DNA of 64,000 bases from the NCBI RefSeq assembly GCF_009914755.1, contig NC_060930.1. One strand, given 5' to 3'. This stretch comes from the human T2T-CHM13v2.0 reference genome, Homo sapiens. Under the pieces are notes generated by a model. The model was not told where the DNA came from and searched no databases. It was given only the letters and a program-made list of their open reading frames with translations. Position 1 is the first letter of the stretch. Every line of letters starts with the position of its first letter. This document shows, piece by piece, positions 59,573-64,000 of this stretch. Made by a program: the position numbers and the translations under genes.

Positions 59573-62053
59573 TCAAAAAACAGAATCTATAGTATAGGAA
59601 TGACTAGTTCAATAACAAAACAACAAATGAAATATTTAAGAATATGAAAACCTAATCCCAATTGTCATAATAATTTTCACATGACCATGAAAATACAAAC
59701 ACCAAAGTAGTAAACATGTTAAAATATTCAGATACAAATATACGGCAAAGGCAGTTCACTACCACAACTTGTATGAGGAGACTGACTTAGAAACCAGTTT
59801 AAGCAAGTGTACAGACTCACTCACACTGACATTTGAAGGTTTCATTTTTGTTCCCCTAATGTTTCTTTCCCTTTAAATATACTTTTCATCTGATCATGAG
59901 AGTAAGCTCACACACCCAAACAGGGTAGAGACAACATCAGAAGCAAAGCCTTGACTAATTTCCATAAATTCAATAATCTCACTAGATTTATTTGTTCTAA
60001 AATGAATGACATTATATCTGGTATATTATAGACATAGTTTTCATTATAATGTAATTCAGATGATAAGATTTTGGCCAGAAAAAAAAGACAAAAGAGAGAA
60101 ACAGAAAGAAAAATAATGGGATATGCATTGAGCTTTAGTGCATTATTCCTGTGCCCTAAACACCATTTTCAAGGCTGAAAATCTGTAGCATGTTTTTTAA
60201 ACTGAGCCTGTACTTCTTGTACATCAACAAAATCCTGGGACCTCTAGTTTCAAATTTTATGTAAACAACTCATGAGAACATAGACAGAGTGTATGTCATA
60301 TCTTGGTTTGTTGACCATTTCATATTATTGAAAATTAAACTGCACCACAGTTTAAAAAGTGATCACCATATATGATTACTTTGATGTAGGCAGTGGAAGG
60401 TTAAATTTACAATTGTTCTTTGCTACTCAGGAAAAGGAAATCAGGATGCTGAGCAAGACTATCAGAGGGTTGGTGTCCCAGTTTAAAGCCAGATGGATGC
60501 TGGGTAAAACTATAAAAATAGAAACTGCCTTAGGACAAAAATGAAAGTGTACAACATTGTCTCTCAAGGTGACCAGGATATCTGTTTCTCAGTACAGGAT
60601 CCTATGAGAGAATGGTGCTAAATGTGCTATATGGATGAGGAATTTCTCTATCATGCTCATGACTCATTCAGTTTCTTTCTCCATTTCAAAGGGAAAAACA
60701 GGCATCAGTTAACATTTACTGGCAGTACAAGTTTATTATTAATAACTAGCCACAGTGAAATAAATTATTATAATTCTGAATTACAAAGACTGGAACAAAA
60801 TATTTTCATAGTTACTAGTGGAAATTCTATTCATCAATATTATAGAAAACTTTAGAAGTTATATTTTAATCTTTATTCCTCTTCCTAGGTTCCATAAAGC
60901 ACCACAATTCCTCTTTTCTTCACTTCTTTTTCTTATTTGTTCTCTAAATAATGTTAATGCTATTAATGTATCAATTTAGCTTGTACTATAACTTAAAAAA
61001 ATTTGTGAACACAATCAAAAAAAACATACTGAATCTTAGAGACGTAAAGAGCTGTAAATAGTGTGGTCCCCAGTATTATAACAACGACAACAAAACTTGG
61101 ATAAACTGCAAATTATAGTATTTTCTAAAGCCAACCAGAGAATTGAGGTCTCAGGGCAACCAAATAACCATAAATCTAGAGAAAGACACCTGCTTGCGCA
61201 GACAAACAGGATCCAAACTTTTGCTCAGATGCTGCAGACATCACTGGACTTTATAGAAGTAAATAAGAAAATATAGCTGACTTAAAAAAATTGCTATACA
61301 CTAAATATGAAACCTCCAGAGGCCACAGATACAAGGAGGTCTGCATCTTTTTGCTTGCCTTTTTCCCATGATCCCCACTAGGTATTTTGGGGCTTATGAG
61401 GAAGAATTTTTAGGGAGCTTTTCTTTTGATATTCGTTGAAAGGAGGAACTGCAATCATTACCAATATAAAACAGGCCTGTCTCCTATATTTATTTTATGG
61501 ACCACATGCCTTTCCATGAAGGAAGAAGAATTTTTTTTAAAAAACTCACCTTTGGGCACAGGTACAAGTAGGGGAAGGAAAGTGAAAAAAAAAAAAATCT
61601 ACCTACCAAAAGGCAGAAATATTTACTATGCCTAGCACCACAAGCGAAGGAAGTACGTGTGTAAATGTGCCCTGAGAGCCAGTTCCTAAGATGGAGGATT
61701 CATCAGAACATAGAATTAGACTCTAGCAGAGCCCCCACCATCAGGCCAACTAGTATTGATTAAAAATAATAGGAGAGTACAGCTGGGAGAGTTGAAGGAG
61801 AAAGATTGTATCTGGGGAAAAAAGAAGACGCACCTTCAGGAGGGAAGCAGAAATTGAGAAAATGACCTCTGAAACCCAGTCTCCACCCTAAACCAAATAT
61901 CACTAGAAGAACTTTAATCCTGTGGTATGCTGAGAATATGCATAAGAACAGCACAGCATAACTCAGTGCAGCTACTAAAGGTCTAGCAGAAGGAATGGTG
62001 CACTCACTAATCTTCAAGCATAAAAATCATTTACGTTAGTATCTACTATCTTA

Positions 62054-62407
<354 letters not shown>

Positions 62408-62749
62408 TCACAAACCAGTTAAAAGACAAAGATCATCAACAGAAGTATAACAAATCTATATGATACAAGGATCTAATAAAAAAGAAACGTTGAAAGTGAA
62501 AGGAGAAAATTATAACATGCAAACATTGATTAAAAGAAAGTTATATATCTACAGAAAAAAAAAATAATAGACTTCCAAACAGGAAATACTGTCAGTGTTA
62601 AGTCACCACATTACATCATAATAAAGGAGTAAATTATCTGAAAAGACATAATAATCCCAGACATGTACACACTGAACAAATCTTCAAAATACATTAGGTA
62701 AAAATTCCTATTTTTATTTTATGTTCTATCAAAAGAAAAAAAAACCCAA

Positions 62750-63122
62750 TGCATTAGTCTGTCCTCATACTGCTAATAAAGACAGACCCAAGACTGGGTG
62801 ATTTTTAAAGGAAAGAGGTTTAATTTGACTCGCAGTTCAGCAAACTGGGGAGTCCTCAGGAAACTTAAAATCATGGCAGAAAGAGAAGAAAACACATCCT
62901 TCTTCACATGATGGCAGGAAGGAGAAGTGCAGAGTTAAGCAGGAGAAAAGCCCCTTATGAAACCATGAGATCTCAAGAGAACTCAGTATCATGAGAACAG
63001 GATGGAGTTAACCACCCCCCTGATTCAATAACCTTTCACCAGGTCTCTCCCGTGACACATGGGGATTATGGGAACTACAATTCAAGATGAGAATTGGGTG
63101 GGGACACAGCCAAACCACATCA
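62750..63122 (-). mobile_element. THE1 (B/C) MaLR solo LTR
   Basis: TTAGTCTGTCCTCATACTGCTAATAAAGAC...GGAACTACAATTCAAGATGAGA.TTGGGTGGGGACACAGCCAAACCACATCA. Confidence 0.92.
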
Positions 63123-63184
63123 CCAAGACCTGGAAGGTTGCAGGTCTACCAAACATTGGTATTAAAATCTACCAAACATTTAAT

Positions 63185-63470
63185 AGAGCAGTCATTAAGT
63201 GAAATAAAATAGAGAGACAAAGTCAAATACCACATGTTCTCACTTGTACTTGGGAGCTAAATAATATACACATATGCACAGAATGTGGAATAATAGACTT
63301 CTGAAGGATAGGAGGGTGAGAGGGGAGTGAGGAATGAGAGAGTACTTGATGGGTACAATGTACACTACTAGGACAATGGTTGCACGAAAAGTCTAGACTT
63401 CACCAGTATGCAATATATCCATGTAATAAAACCACACTTGTGCCCCCTAAATTTATACAAATAAAAAAAA
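63185..63470 (+). mobile_element. L1PB/L1MA-type 3' UTR fragment
   Basis: CAAATACCACATGTTCTCACTT..GGGAGCTAA...ACACTTGTGCCCCCTAAATTTATACAAATAAAA. Confidence 0.8.
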
Positions 63471-63904
63471 TAGGAAAAGAGCTTATGATGCATCTTGTCA
63501 AAAGAAATATTATCGATTCTACAGATCACTTCCAGTGAATAGAAGAGGAGGCAACAGTTGATACCAGTATTGTTCTAATACCAAAATAAGACAAAACTGT
63601 AAGAACAGAAGACCAATAAACATCATGAGCATAGATACAAAAGTTTTTAACAAAATATTACTAAATTGAATTCAGCAATATATAAAAATGATAATAAATT
63701 ATGACCACATGGAATTCACTCAGGAATATGACTGAATTATTACTTGAAAATTAATCAATGTTATTTGACATATTTATGTAGTATATGAGAAAAATACCAT
63801 TTGATTATTTTAATAGATATAGAAAAATCTTTCAACAAAATTCAACAAAATTTTCATTCCTGTGAAAAGGAAAGAAAAATATCACTTTTAGCAACCTAGA
63901 ATTT

Positions 63905-64000
63905 CTTTTCTTTTCTTTCTTTCTTTCTTTTTTTTTTTTCTTTTAGACAGGGTCTGGCTCTGTCACCGAGGCTGGAGCGCAGTGGTGCAATCTCAACTCA
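63905..64000 (-). mobile_element. Alu 3' end (runs off the window)
   Basis: T-rich tail then AGACAGGGTCTGGCTCTGTCACCGAGGCTGGAGCGCAGTGG. Confidence 0.9.

Overview
Primate (human/great-ape type) nuclear DNA: AT-rich, repeat-dense and non-coding. I find no host protein-coding exon, RNA gene, CRISPR array or prokaryotic system. The window is a mosaic of ancient L1M/L2/MIR fragments, Alus (J and S), MaLR/ERV LTRs (MER4A, MST, MLT1, MLT2, THE1), a MER1B DNA transposon and microsatellites. It is dominated by a full-length ~6 kb L1PA2-type LINE-1 (28029-34061, +). That L1 has an open ORF1 whose ATG is mutated to CTG, an intact antisense ORF0, and an ORF2 broken by two 1-bp A-run deletions. The most notable observation is a perfect 20-bp target-site duplication that encloses the L1 plus 166 bp of upstream sequence containing an old Alu monomer. 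This is the signature expected of a rare L1 5' transduction that still carries the source element's own left TSD. A ~320 bp inversion splitting a MER4A LTR and a strong CTCF motif in a repeat-free island are also visible. Repeat family calls come from recalled consensus sequences, and boundaries of ancient repeats are approximate.
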